Assembly: GCA_903858275.1 (NCBI GenBank)
Contig: CAIOIC010000111.1
Location: 20,168-84,167 of the forward strand
Source: an uncultured Verrucomicrobia subdivision 3 bacterium
GTDB lineage: Bacteria > Verrucomicrobiota > Verrucomicrobiia > Limisphaerales > UBA11358
Direction: 5' to 3'
DNA: 64,000 bases
Part shown: one piece after another, positions 55,690 through 64,000 of the stretch
Layout: the number at the start of each line of letters is the position of its first letter
Numbering within the stretch: the first letter of the stretch is position 1
Position numbers and translations under genes: made by a program
The notes under the pieces: generated by a model
What the model was told of the DNA's origin: nothing
What the model saw: only the letters and a program-made list of their open reading frames with translations
The model's database searches: none

Positions 55690-56472
55690 TCAGCGACGGG
55701 CTGGCATATTGGCAGCATATTGAATTCCACCTAGAAGATGTTTCAAGAAAAGCGGTTCGCTGAAACTGCTCTCCGTATGTCCCATGGCCGTGAACCACAT
55801 CCGTCCTTGGCCCACCGGACGACACCAGGCAATCGGATGATCGTTGCCAACCGTGCCGCCGTGATAGGTGGATTCATCCACGGTCGCAAGAATGTGGGCG
55901 CAACTGCGCGGAGTGCCTGTGTAATTATACCATTCATCGGTGCGCTCCCAGTGCGATGGCAGCCCGATGTTGGCAGGATGGGCGGCGTCCTCAAGCACCA
56001 CCGTTGCGGGCAGCACTTTGGAATGGTTGGTGAACGTGCAGCCGAACATTTCGCCGTACCATGCCCATTTATCTTCGCATGCCCTGGGGCCGAAAATGGC
56101 GCCATGAATGGCCGCAAATCCGCCGCCCGCTTCTAAATAATTCCTAAATACCCGCTCTTGATCGGTGTCCAGCACGTCGCCGGTCACGCTCAAAAACACC
56201 ACGGCTTGAAAGCGGCCGAGGTTCGTGGCCGTAAATGCGGACGAACTCTCGGTCGCCTCCACGGCGAACCCGTTGGTCGCACCGAGTTCGCGGATGGCGG
56301 CGATGCCGTTGGTGATGGAGGCGTGCCGATAACCCAGCGTCCTGGAAAAAACCAAAACCCGGAACGCAGGGCGGGCATCGGCCGCTGCGGCGTGTGGCAC
56401 GAGGTTCAAGCCTGGAAGCAAAGCGAGCCACAAGGAAATCAGCGCAAGAAATTTCATGGGCGAATGGATCAT
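55690..56472 (-). CDS. ThuA domain-containing protein, secreted
   Basis: FRVLVFSRTLGYRHASITNGIAAIRELG...HPIAWC. The ATG at 56472 overlaps the upstream stop (ATGA); the alternative start is 56457 (MKFLALISLW). Confidence 0.85.
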   Translation of the reverse strand: MIHSPMKFLALISLWLALLPGLNLVPHAAAADARPAFRVLVFSRTLGYRHASITNGIAAIRELGATNGFAVEATESSSAFTATNLGRFQAVVFLSVTGDVLDTDQERVFRNYLEAGGGFAAIHGAIFGPRACEDKWAWYGEMFGCTFTNHSKVLPATVVLEDAAHPANIGLPSHWERTDEWYNYTGTPRSCAHILATVDESTYHGGTVGNDHPIAWCRPVGQGRMWFTAMGHTESSFSEPLFLKHLLGGIQYAANMPARR

Positions 56473-57890
56473 AGATGCCACGGCTTCCGCATCGGGCGGG
56501 CCTTGAGCCGTTGATTCGCCTCTTCGTCATTGGCGAAGCGCTCTTTTTTAAAATCGAACGTGAGCTTGCGGCCCAATCGGCACGAGATGTCCGCGATATG
56601 ACACAGGGCGTCCCCGGTGACGGCGGCGTCAATCGGGCTGACGGTTTCGGCGCGGCTCTTCACGCAGTCTAGGAAGTTGCGCGCATGGTTTTTGCTCTGG
56701 ATCAGCTTGGTGCGAAAACTGTCCTCGCTGACGCGGTTTAGTTCCTCCGATTGCAGGTTGAGGTTGCCGCGATCCACATGGACCCAGCCATTCGCGCCCT
56801 CGAAAGCCGTGCCGTGGTTGGTGATCTGGCGGTAACGCGCCTTCCACTCGCCTTCGTAAAAAAACGGTTCGCCGGTCGGTTTGCCGCGGTTCTCGCCGTT
56901 GGGCACGCCGACAAACTTCAGCGTCACGCCGCTGGCGAACGTATAGTCCACATCCCAGATGGAGGCGGTGTCGCAGATGCCTTCGGCAGTCCGGTAATTG
57001 CCGCGTCCCTCGACGACGACGGAGCCGCCGAGCAAATCCCCGCCACCCCACAGCGCGATATCCATCGGATGAATGCCCCAGCCGGCAATGAAGCCGAGCG
57101 CATACTGCGAATCAAACCACCATGTCTTGAGGTGGCCCTCGGCGGCGCAGCGGTTCTCGGTGTGCAGCCGGAACGCCGCCGGGCCGAGCCACAGGTCGTA
57201 ATCCATCCCTTCCGGCGGCGGCACTTCCTGGCGCGAACCGCCCGGCGTGCTGCCATACGACCAGACGTTGATGTGTTTCAACTTGCCGATGCGTTCATTG
57301 CGGGCCAGTTCCGCTGCGAACCGGAAATTACGCGAGGAGCGCTGCTGTGTGCCGAATTGGAACACGCGCTGCTTGCGATGCACCGCCGCGCGGAGCACCT
57401 GGTCTTCTTCCAGCGACAGGCCGAGCGGTTTTTCCGTGTAAATGTCCTTGCCGGCGTTCACCGCCAGCAGCGAAGCCGGCACATGCCAGTGATCCGGCGT
57501 GGCGATGAGACAGGCATCAATGTCCTTGCGCCCGATGATCTCGCGAAAATAGCGGTAGGTTTTGCAGTCTTGATTCTTGTATTGGTCGTCAACGGCTTTC
57601 TTCGCCAGCGCCAGCTGGTCGGGTTTCACATCGCACACGGCCACCACTTGGCAATCGGTCTGGTTGAGAAAATTGCGCAGGTCGCCGCGCCCCTGCGGGC
57701 CGCAGCCGATGACTCCGACCGTTATGCGGTTGCTGGGCGCGACCGCGCCATCCTTGCCCAAAGCCGAAGCCGGGATGATTGCGGGAAAAGCTGATGCCGC
57801 CAGCGCCAGGGCACCGGTGCCAAGAAACTCACGGCGGGTGAAGGATGAGCCGGCTGGTTTTTGAGAGGTAGAGGTGTTGGTTTGTGACAT
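56469..57890 (-). CDS. Gfo/Idh/MocA family oxidoreductase, Tat-exported (ThuB-like partner)
   Basis: Twin-arginine FTRREFLGTGALALAASAF, and Rossmann VGVIGCGPQGRGDL. Confidence 0.88.
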   Translation of the reverse strand: MSQTNTSTSQKPAGSSFTRREFLGTGALALAASAFPAIIPASALGKDGAVAPSNRITVGVIGCGPQGRGDLRNFLNQTDCQVVAVCDVKPDQLALAKKAVDDQYKNQDCKTYRYFREIIGRKDIDACLIATPDHWHVPASLLAVNAGKDIYTEKPLGLSLEEDQVLRAAVHRKQRVFQFGTQQRSSRNFRFAAELARNERIGKLKHINVWSYGSTPGGSRQEVPPPEGMDYDLWLGPAAFRLHTENRCAAEGHLKTWWFDSQYALGFIAGWGIHPMDIALWGGGDLLGGSVVVEGRGNYRTAEGICDTASIWDVDYTFASGVTLKFVGVPNGENRGKPTGEPFFYEGEWKARYRQITNHGTAFEGANGWVHVDRGNLNLQSEELNRVSEDSFRTKLIQSKNHARNFLDCVKSRAETVSPIDAAVTGDALCHIADISCRLGRKLTFDFKKERFANDEEANQRLKARPMRKPWHL

Positions 57891-58027
57891 AGAGGGATTC
57901 CTTTAAGTTTTGTCTTTTGCTTGCTTCAGGCAAGATGTTTTTTCAGCGCCTTATTCTGGAGCAAGGTGGTGGCAGCTTCGTCAGTTGTCCGGTGTTGACG
58001 AAAGCGCGAGCATGGAAGTGGTCTTGT

Positions 58028-58111
58028 GATTTTCAATTTTCGATTTACGATTAGCGGGCGACTTTCGGGCTTCGCATTAGCTCGGAAATCGTGAATCCAA
58101 AATCGTAAATG
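58028..58111. repeat. heptad-armed inverted-repeat element ending in the argD start codon
   Basis: Left arm GATTTTC AATTTTC GATTTAC GATTAGC (58028-58055), 28-nt centre, right arm GGAAATC GTGAATC CAAAATC GTAAATG (58084-58111). ATTTACGATT (58043-58052) is the perfect complement of AATCGTAAAT (58101-58110). Confidence 0.85.
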
Positions 58112-59392
58112 AAAGAAATTATCCCAGCGCCGCCCGCGATTGTGCGGAACGACTACGAGTCCATCCGCGAACTGTTCACGAAGAATGTCGTGCCCAGCTA
58201 CGGCCGCTTTGAACTCGTCCTCAGCCACGGCGTGGGCAGTTATGTTTTTGACGTCGCCGGCAAACGCTACCTCGACCTCGGCGGCGGCATCGCCGTCAAT
58301 TGCCTCGGCAACGCCCACCCGGCCATCACCGAGGCGCTTGTCGAGCAGTCCAAAAAACTGATTCACGTCTCGAATCTCTATTTCACCGAACCACAGGGCC
58401 GACTCGCAGCCGAACTCGTCAAACGCATCGGCCGCGGCAAGGTTTTCTTTTGCAACAGCGGCGCGGAAGCCAACGAAGGTTTGTTCAAGCTCGCGCGGAA
58501 ATTCGGCCATGACGAAGGCCGGTTTGAAATTCTCACCGCGACGAATTCCTTCCACGGACGCACGCTCGCCGGCATCGCTGCCACCGGTCAGGACAAGGTG
58601 AAAAAAGGTTTCGAGCCAGCAGTCACCGGCTTCCGGCACATTCCGTTCAACGATCTTGAGGCAGTACGCAACGCCATTTCGCCCGCGACCATCGCCATTC
58701 TGATTGAAGGCGTGCAGGGCGAAGGCGGCGTCACGCCCGCCACGCCGGAATACCTGCTCAGCCTGCGCGCTTTGTGCGACGAAAAGAAAATGCTGTTGCT
58801 CATGGACGGCGTGCAGTGCGGCCATTACCGCACCGGGAAGTTCCAAAGTTTTCAAAAAATTCTCGAAGGCGTGCCTGGCGGTGAAAAGTTTCTACCCGAC
58901 GGCATCTCGATGGCCAAATCGCTCGGCGGCGGTTTCCCCATCGGCGCGTTCTGGGTGCGGGCGCCGTATGCGGATTTGTTGAGCGCCGGCACGCATGGCA
59001 CGACCTACGGCGGCACGCCGCTTGCCTGCGCTGTGGCGCTGAAAGTTCTCGAGGTCATCGAAAAAGAAAATCTCGCGGAACAGGCGCGCAAACTCGGCGC
59101 ATGGCTGAAATCGGAAATCGAGCGGCTGGCCAAGACTTATCCGGCTGTCGTGAAATCCGCGCGCGGCATGGGCTTCATGCTCGGCATCGAGTTGGCTGAG
59201 AAAATCCCGTCGTTCGCCGCGAGCGACAAGCCGGCGGCGTTGCAATTCGTCAATCGGCTGCATGCGGCGGGCGTGCTGGCGATTCCCGCGGGAAATCAGA
59301 TTGTCCGTCTGCTGCCACCGCTGAATCTCAAGCCGCAGGAAGCCGGCGAGGGTATTTCCAAAATCGAAGAAATCGTCAAACAGTTGGTGTAA
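58109..59392 (+). CDS. argD: acetylornithine aminotransferase
   Basis: Class III aminotransferase: YLDLGGGIAVNCLGNAHP, SGAEANE, DGVQCGHYRTGKF, GTHGTTYGGTPLAC. Confidence 0.92.
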   Translation: MKEIIPAPPAIVRNDYESIRELFTKNVVPSYGRFELVLSHGVGSYVFDVAGKRYLDLGGGIAVNCLGNAHPAITEALVEQSKKLIHVSNLYFTEPQGRLAAELVKRIGRGKVFFCNSGAEANEGLFKLARKFGHDEGRFEILTATNSFHGRTLAGIAATGQDKVKKGFEPAVTGFRHIPFNDLEAVRNAISPATIAILIEGVQGEGGVTPATPEYLLSLRALCDEKKMLLLMDGVQCGHYRTGKFQSFQKILEGVPGGEKFLPDGISMAKSLGGGFPIGAFWVRAPYADLLSAGTHGTTYGGTPLACAVALKVLEVIEKENLAEQARKLGAWLKSEIERLAKTYPAVVKSARGMGFMLGIELAEKIPSFAASDKPAALQFVNRLHAAGVLAIPAGNQIVRLLPPLNLKPQEAGEGISKIEEIVKQLV

Positions 59393-59496
59393 AAAACGGC
59401 TACGCTGCTCCCTCTACCGCTGGGAGAGGGAGAAACACTCGCCGCCAACCTGACCAGCCACAATCGTGTCATCCTTGAATAAGCCGGATTTGAATT

Positions 59497-60120
59497 ATGA
59501 ACGCCGCCGCGTTGAAACACCTCTCCGCCGTTGATCCAGTGATGGCCAGGCTCATCCGCGAAGTCGGCCCGTGCCGGCTGGCCCATGAGCCGTGGCGTTC
59601 GCCGTTCCAATCGCTGGTGCAGGCTGTCGCCCACCAGCAGCTCAACGGCACGGCGGCGGAAACGATCCTTACGCGGTTCAAGAAACTCTTCCCGAAGCGA
59701 AGGTTTCCCAAGCCGGAAGATCTGGCGAAGGTGACGGACGAACAAATCCGCGCCTGCGGTTTTTCCTTCGCCAAAATCGCCGCCCTCCGCGATATCGCGG
59801 CAAAAACTTTGGACGGCACGATTCCTTCGTCGCGGGAGATTGAAAAGCTGGAGGACGAGGCCATCATCGAACGTCTGACCGGGGCGCGCGGTGTCGGGCG
59901 CTGGACGGTGGAGATGCTGCTGATGTTCCAGCTTGGCCGCAAAGATGTTTTGCCCGTGGACGATTTTGGCGTGCGTACCGGCTTCCGCGTCGCCTATAAA
60001 AAGCGGGATATGCCCAAACCCAAGGCGCTGCTGGCGTTTGGTAAAAAGTGGCGTCCGCACGCCTCCACCGCCGCGTGGTATCTCTGGCAGGCTGCCAATG
60101 CCGCCCGCAAAAAGAAGTGA
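59497..60120 (+). CDS. DNA-3-methyladenine glycosylase II family (HhH-GPD, AlkA-like)
   Basis: FQSLVQAVAHQQLNGTAAETI, LTGARGVGRWTVEMLLMFQLGRKDVLPVDDFGVR. Confidence 0.85.
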   Translation: MNAAALKHLSAVDPVMARLIREVGPCRLAHEPWRSPFQSLVQAVAHQQLNGTAAETILTRFKKLFPKRRFPKPEDLAKVTDEQIRACGFSFAKIAALRDIAAKTLDGTIPSSREIEKLEDEAIIERLTGARGVGRWTVEMLLMFQLGRKDVLPVDDFGVRTGFRVAYKKRDMPKPKALLAFGKKWRPHASTAAWYLWQAANAARKKK

Positions 60121-60183
60121 CTCCAGATCGCGATTCGGGTAAATAATATCCTTTGGGCGTTATCTCCCAAAAGCATCGCCGTC

Positions 60184-61080
60184 ATGAAACATTTGCTAAA
60201 ACTGGAAACTTTGCCGCGGGCAGACTTTGAGAAAATCCTGGGTGCCACCGCCGTGTTCAAGCGGGAACGCGGCCATCATTCGACGCAGCCGCTGGCCGGC
60301 CAGACGTGGGCGCTGATGTTTTCCAAGCAGTCCACGCGCACGCGGCTCTCGTTTGAGGTCGGCATCCGCGAACTCGGCGGGCAGCCGATGTTTTTGAGCG
60401 CGGTGGACATCCAACTCGGGCGCGGCGAACCGATCAAGGACACGGCGCGGGTCATGGGCCGGATGGTTCACGGCGCGGTCATTCGCACGTTTGCGCAGCA
60501 TGACGTCGAGGAGTTCGCGAAATTTTCCGGCATCCCGACGGTCAATGCGCTGACCGATGACGAGCATCCGTGTCAGATTCTCGCGGATATTTTCACTTTT
60601 CAGGAAAAGCGCGGTTCGCTTGCGGGTAAAACCGTAGCGTTCATCGGCGACGGTGCCTGCAACGTGGCCAACTCGTGGATTTGGGCCGCGTCAAAATTCG
60701 GTTTTGAACTGCGTATCGCCGCGCCGGAAAAATTCCAGCCCTCGCCAGAATTGCAGCAGCGGGCCGGCGGGAAAATATCCGTGACCAGCGACCTCCAAGC
60801 CGCGGCCGACGGCGCGGATCTGCTCTATACTGATGTGTGGGTTTCGATGGGCAAGGAAACCGAGGCGAAGGAGCGGATTCAGATTTTGACCGGCTACCAG
60901 ATCAATGCCGCCTTGGTGAAGCTGGCCAAAAAAGACGCGCTGGTGATGCACTGTCTGCCGGCGTATCGCGGCAAGGAAATTGACGAGGAAACGCTCGAAG
61001 CCCATGCCGACACGATTTTCGAGGAGGCGGAAAACCGGCTGCATGTGCAGAAGGCGATTCTGAACTGGGCGGTGGCGTAA
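60184..61080 (+). CDS. argF: ornithine carbamoyltransferase
   Basis: FSKQSTRTRLSFE, HPCQILAD, DVWVSMG, HCLPAYRGKEI. Confidence 0.93.
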   Translation: MKHLLKLETLPRADFEKILGATAVFKRERGHHSTQPLAGQTWALMFSKQSTRTRLSFEVGIRELGGQPMFLSAVDIQLGRGEPIKDTARVMGRMVHGAVIRTFAQHDVEEFAKFSGIPTVNALTDDEHPCQILADIFTFQEKRGSLAGKTVAFIGDGACNVANSWIWAASKFGFELRIAAPEKFQPSPELQQRAGGKISVTSDLQAAADGADLLYTDVWVSMGKETEAKERIQILTGYQINAALVKLAKKDALVMHCLPAYRGKEIDEETLEAHADTIFEEAENRLHVQKAILNWAVA

Positions 61081-61091
61081 ATCGGCCACTG

Positions 61092-61134
61092 AGACACAGA
61101 GTGAACAGAGAGATTTTTAAAACTCTGTGTCTTT
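61092..61134. terminator. 11-bp perfect hairpin between the convergent argF and rluA-family genes
   Basis: AGACACAGAGT (61092-61102) / ACTCTGTGTCT (61122-61132), 19-nt loop, then a short T-run. Confidence 0.55.
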
Positions 61135-61147
61135 CGAACCTCGGTGG

Positions 61148-61951
61148 CTAAAAGCCCGTCGCGTATTGCCTCAAATACTTCACCGCGACTTTCAAATCTT
61201 TCGGCCATGCTGATTTGATGGTCACCGGTTCGTTGGTGACCGGATGGGGCAGGCTTAATTCTTCCAGATGCAGCGCCGTGCGGGAAATCAGCGGGCGTTC
61301 CTCTTTGCCCGGTTTCAGGTGAAAATCCTTCTTGAGCCGCGAAAGCCAGAGTTTTTTACCGCCGTAAAGTTCATCGGCGACGACCACAAACCCCGCGTGC
61401 TTCAGGTGAACCCGAATCTGATGGGCGCGTTCCGTTAGCGGCAGGCAGTGCAGCAGGCACCAGTCGGAAAACTGTTCCAGCACGGCGAAATCGGTTTGCG
61501 CTTTCTTGCCGTGATCCAAATCCACGCGCATCTGGCCGGGCCGGATCGGGTGCGGCGCCAGCTTGGCGTCCACCGTGAAATTCTTTGCCGGCGGATTGCC
61601 CCAGGCCAGCGCGAGATGTTTTTTGACCGGTATTTCCGCGCCAAACAAATTCGCCAGCGCAACGAGGGCGGGTTTGTTTTTCGCGAACAGCAGCACACCG
61701 CTCGTCTCAAAATCGAGCCGGTGGGCGTTGTTCAGGTACGTGAGATTGCGTTGGCTGGCCCATGGTTTGCCGGCGGCGATGCCGTCGTGCAGCAGTTGCA
61801 TCAAGCTGGGGCGCTCCGGATGGTCCGCATCCGGCGAAACGAGCAGGCCGCTGGGCTTGTCGAGCGCGAGCAGATGCTCGTCTTCGAAGAGAACAGGGAT
61901 TTCCCAAAACTCGCGCGTGGCGGGCGACGACAGTTTGACGGCGGCGCTCAC
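61148..61951 (-). CDS. RluA family pseudouridine synthase
   Basis: LLALDKPSGLLV, catalytic HRLDFETSGVLLFAK. Confidence 0.9.
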   Translation of the reverse strand: MSAAVKLSSPATREFWEIPVLFEDEHLLALDKPSGLLVSPDADHPERPSLMQLLHDGIAAGKPWASQRNLTYLNNAHRLDFETSGVLLFAKNKPALVALANLFGAEIPVKKHLALAWGNPPAKNFTVDAKLAPHPIRPGQMRVDLDHGKKAQTDFAVLEQFSDWCLLHCLPLTERAHQIRVHLKHAGFVVVADELYGGKKLWLSRLKKDFHLKPGKEERPLISRTALHLEELSLPHPVTNEPVTIKSAWPKDLKVAVKYLRQYATGF

Positions 61952-63621
61952 GGCTGGCGGCTCTTGCCGCCCATGAGTTCGGCGTAAACCGGCGTGTTGC
62001 GCAGCTCGCGGTTGGCTTCGGCCTGCAGCCAGCGGTTAAACGCCTCGTTCGACCGGCCCCGGCGGACTTGCTGGGTGAATTGCGGCAGCTCCGTGTTTTT
62101 CTTTTGCTGATTTATGGGCAGCAGTGATTGCGCAAACAGCACAAATCCGCCATCCCCGGTCGCCATGAAATTGGCAATTTGTCCGGGTGCGGTCGTGAAG
62201 GCCGCTTGTTTGAGCTGGTTGATTTCGGCGCGGCTGCCCGCTTCCGGCACATCCTGTGAACTCAAGGAGAAGGGCGACAGGAATTGCGGGGTTTGTCCGG
62301 CCGCCAGTGCAATCTGGGCAAAAGTTTTCCCCAAAGCCATCTGGACCTTGGCGGAAGCATGGAAATTCGTTCCGGCGCTTTGCGCGAGCAGCGTGGCCGA
62401 GCGGCTCTTGAAATCCTGCGTGACGCGGTCGCGAATCTGGTCGATCAGGGGAATCGAACTGGGCAGGCGCTTGGCCAGCGCGATGACGTAGGCGGCATCG
62501 GTGCCGCCAATCGGTCCGGCTAGCGGTTCATCCGCGCTCATTTTGAAGGCGGCTTTGGTAAATGTCGCCGGCACATTGATGTCTTCCGGGCCATACGCGG
62601 CATTGAACGGCGCAGTGGTGCGGACGGTAAGTTTTTTTTGCTTGGCCAGAGTGGCAAGATTTTCGGATTTCGGTGGATCTATGGCGAACAGCGTGGTGGC
62701 AAACTCCTTGGCCTGCTTGCTGGCATCGGCCAGCGCGCGGTTGCGGATGAGGACGTCACGGATTTTCGCCTTGGCTTCCTCGGGCGTTTTCGCGTCGGCA
62801 AATTCCGTCGCGCCATACTGGCGATAGGTGGCTTCTACGGTTTCCTCGAAATTGGTTTTGCCCCACTCGGCTTTGGCTTGCGCGAGATAATTCGATGCCT
62901 CAAACGCGACGTAGTTCACCTGCACCTGTTCGGGTTCGCGATAGGCGGCCATATTTTTCTGGTAAAAGTCTGTCAGTGCGGCGGGCGTCACGGTGACCTG
63001 CGCGAGATAATTCGACGCCGAGAAAAACACGGCCTGGGCGGAAACTTCCTGGTTTTCGCGGTCGTAAAGCTGGCCAATCTCCTGTGGCGTGACCAGCGCG
63101 CCGGTCAAGCCCATCGTCTGCACGAGTTGTTGAATGGTGAGATCGTCGCGCAGAAACCGCTGGAGGTCGGCGGCGGTGAGCCCTTCCGGCGCCAGCACGC
63201 GGGTAACAAGCTGGTCCATCGGCACCGACTGGCCATTGCGACCGAGCGATTTTAGCAGTTCCACCGCTGCCGAATTGACCATCTCGTCGCTGACATGGAT
63301 GCCGAGATCTTTCGCTTTGCGGGTGAGCAGCAGGCGGACGTAAGTTTCGCGGCTCATGTCTTCACGCTTGAAGCTGGCGCTTTTCTGCGGCCAATCACCG
63401 TTGTGCAGCCAGTAGTAGATGAGAAATTCCCGCTGCGCCAAGGCGAACGTCTCGGCGGTCACCTCTTTGCCGTAAATAGTGCCATAACCTTCGCCGGAGG
63501 CGGAACCGCCGCCGCCGTTCTTCCCCGGGCCGGTGCCCATGAATACCACGAACGAAACGATCGTGAGACCGGCGATGATCCACCACAGCCATGCAGAATG
63601 TTTGCGAATTGATCCAATCAT
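61948..63621 (-). CDS. PpiD/SurA-N-type periplasmic chaperone (no clear parvulin motif seen)
   Basis: MIGSIRKHSAWLWWIIAGLTIVSFVVFMG membrane anchor, followed by a long helical chaperone-like body. There is a 4-nt overlap with the downstream gene. Confidence 0.7.
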   Translation of the reverse strand: MIGSIRKHSAWLWWIIAGLTIVSFVVFMGTGPGKNGGGGSASGEGYGTIYGKEVTAETFALAQREFLIYYWLHNGDWPQKSASFKREDMSRETYVRLLLTRKAKDLGIHVSDEMVNSAAVELLKSLGRNGQSVPMDQLVTRVLAPEGLTAADLQRFLRDDLTIQQLVQTMGLTGALVTPQEIGQLYDRENQEVSAQAVFFSASNYLAQVTVTPAALTDFYQKNMAAYREPEQVQVNYVAFEASNYLAQAKAEWGKTNFEETVEATYRQYGATEFADAKTPEEAKAKIRDVLIRNRALADASKQAKEFATTLFAIDPPKSENLATLAKQKKLTVRTTAPFNAAYGPEDINVPATFTKAAFKMSADEPLAGPIGGTDAAYVIALAKRLPSSIPLIDQIRDRVTQDFKSRSATLLAQSAGTNFHASAKVQMALGKTFAQIALAAGQTPQFLSPFSLSSQDVPEAGSRAEINQLKQAAFTTAPGQIANFMATGDGGFVLFAQSLLPINQQKKNTELPQFTQQVRRGRSNEAFNRWLQAEANRELRNTPVYAELMGGKSRQP

Positions 63622-63778
63622 AAAAAGCGAACGCGAAGCCTAGCTTGCCGGAAGAAACATGGCAAACGCAAAAGCAGACTGCTTTTGATTATAATCCTAA
63701 TCCTGCTGGGAAAACCGATTAATACCATTCCCCCATGACAATTGGTGAATTAGTGGGGAACCCCCTCAACCGCCCTTC

Positions 63779-63823
63779 GGGCACCTTCTCCCCCACGGGG
63801 GAGAAGGCCGGGGTGAGGGGGCG
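63779..63823. repeat. second copy of the 45-nt palindromic (REP-like) element
   Basis: GGCACCTTCTCCCCCACGGGGGAGAAGGCCGGGGTGAGGGGGCGC. It is 43/45 identical to 4365-4409. An outer CCCCCTCA/TGAGGGGG pair extends the palindrome to about 63759-63819. Confidence 0.9.
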
Positions 63824-63871
63824 CACGGATGATTCGACCGCTGCTTATCGGTCATTAATATACAGTTATGA

Positions 63872-64000
<129 letters not shown>

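Noticed and set aside
54741-58855. Long antisense ORFs 54741-55598 (-), 56751-57794 (+) and 57926-58855 (-).
   Set aside because: Each lies opposite a gene with strong family motifs (argB, Gfo/Idh/MocA, argD). Long antisense ORFs are expected in GC-rich DNA.

Overview
This is a 64-kb chromosomal window that is almost fully coding. I call about 60 CDS and one tRNA-Tyr. It looks moderately GC-rich by eye; I did not compute GC content.

I recognise no transposase, integrase, phage, cas, restriction or other classical defence gene anywhere in the window.

The source is probably a PVC-group bacterium, most likely Verrucomicrobiota. This is inference only, based on:
- Tat/Sec-exported Gfo/Idh/MocA oxidoreductases, DUF1080 and ThuA
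- GH29, GH116-like and heparinase-like enzymes
- mostly A/T-rich start contexts without a Shine-Dalgarno sequence
- abundant heptamer-derived low-complexity DNA

Ordinary housekeeping content:
- rplM-rpsI, rpsB-tsf, ffh, tgt, lpxA, ilvN-ilvC and a partial hemB
- five arginine genes (argC, argJ, argB, argD, argF) at four separate loci
- a TetR-MFP-RND efflux operon, an APC permease and MlaEFD

The parts I think deserve a second look:
1. A 1.3-kb ORF-free gap between two convergent genes (3558-4895). It holds three copies of a module made of a 7-4-7 direct repeat followed by a 26-nt conserved core, plus a GC-rich block with long-range complementarity.
2. A family of hairpin-type elements whose arms are tandem heptamers. 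One copy supplies the argD start codon and another sits inside an intact peptidase U32 gene. Other short repeat families are also embedded in frame in conserved genes (U32, argJ).
3. A 9-kb co-directional, tightly spaced string: lpxA, two GYF_2 proteins, DUF2752, YbjQ, an HpnN-like MMPL transporter, a 494-aa aromatic-Pro repeat protein of unknown function, then MlaE/F/D. It looks like an uncharacterised envelope-lipid module.

All functional calls come from reading the translated ORFs. No database search was possible.
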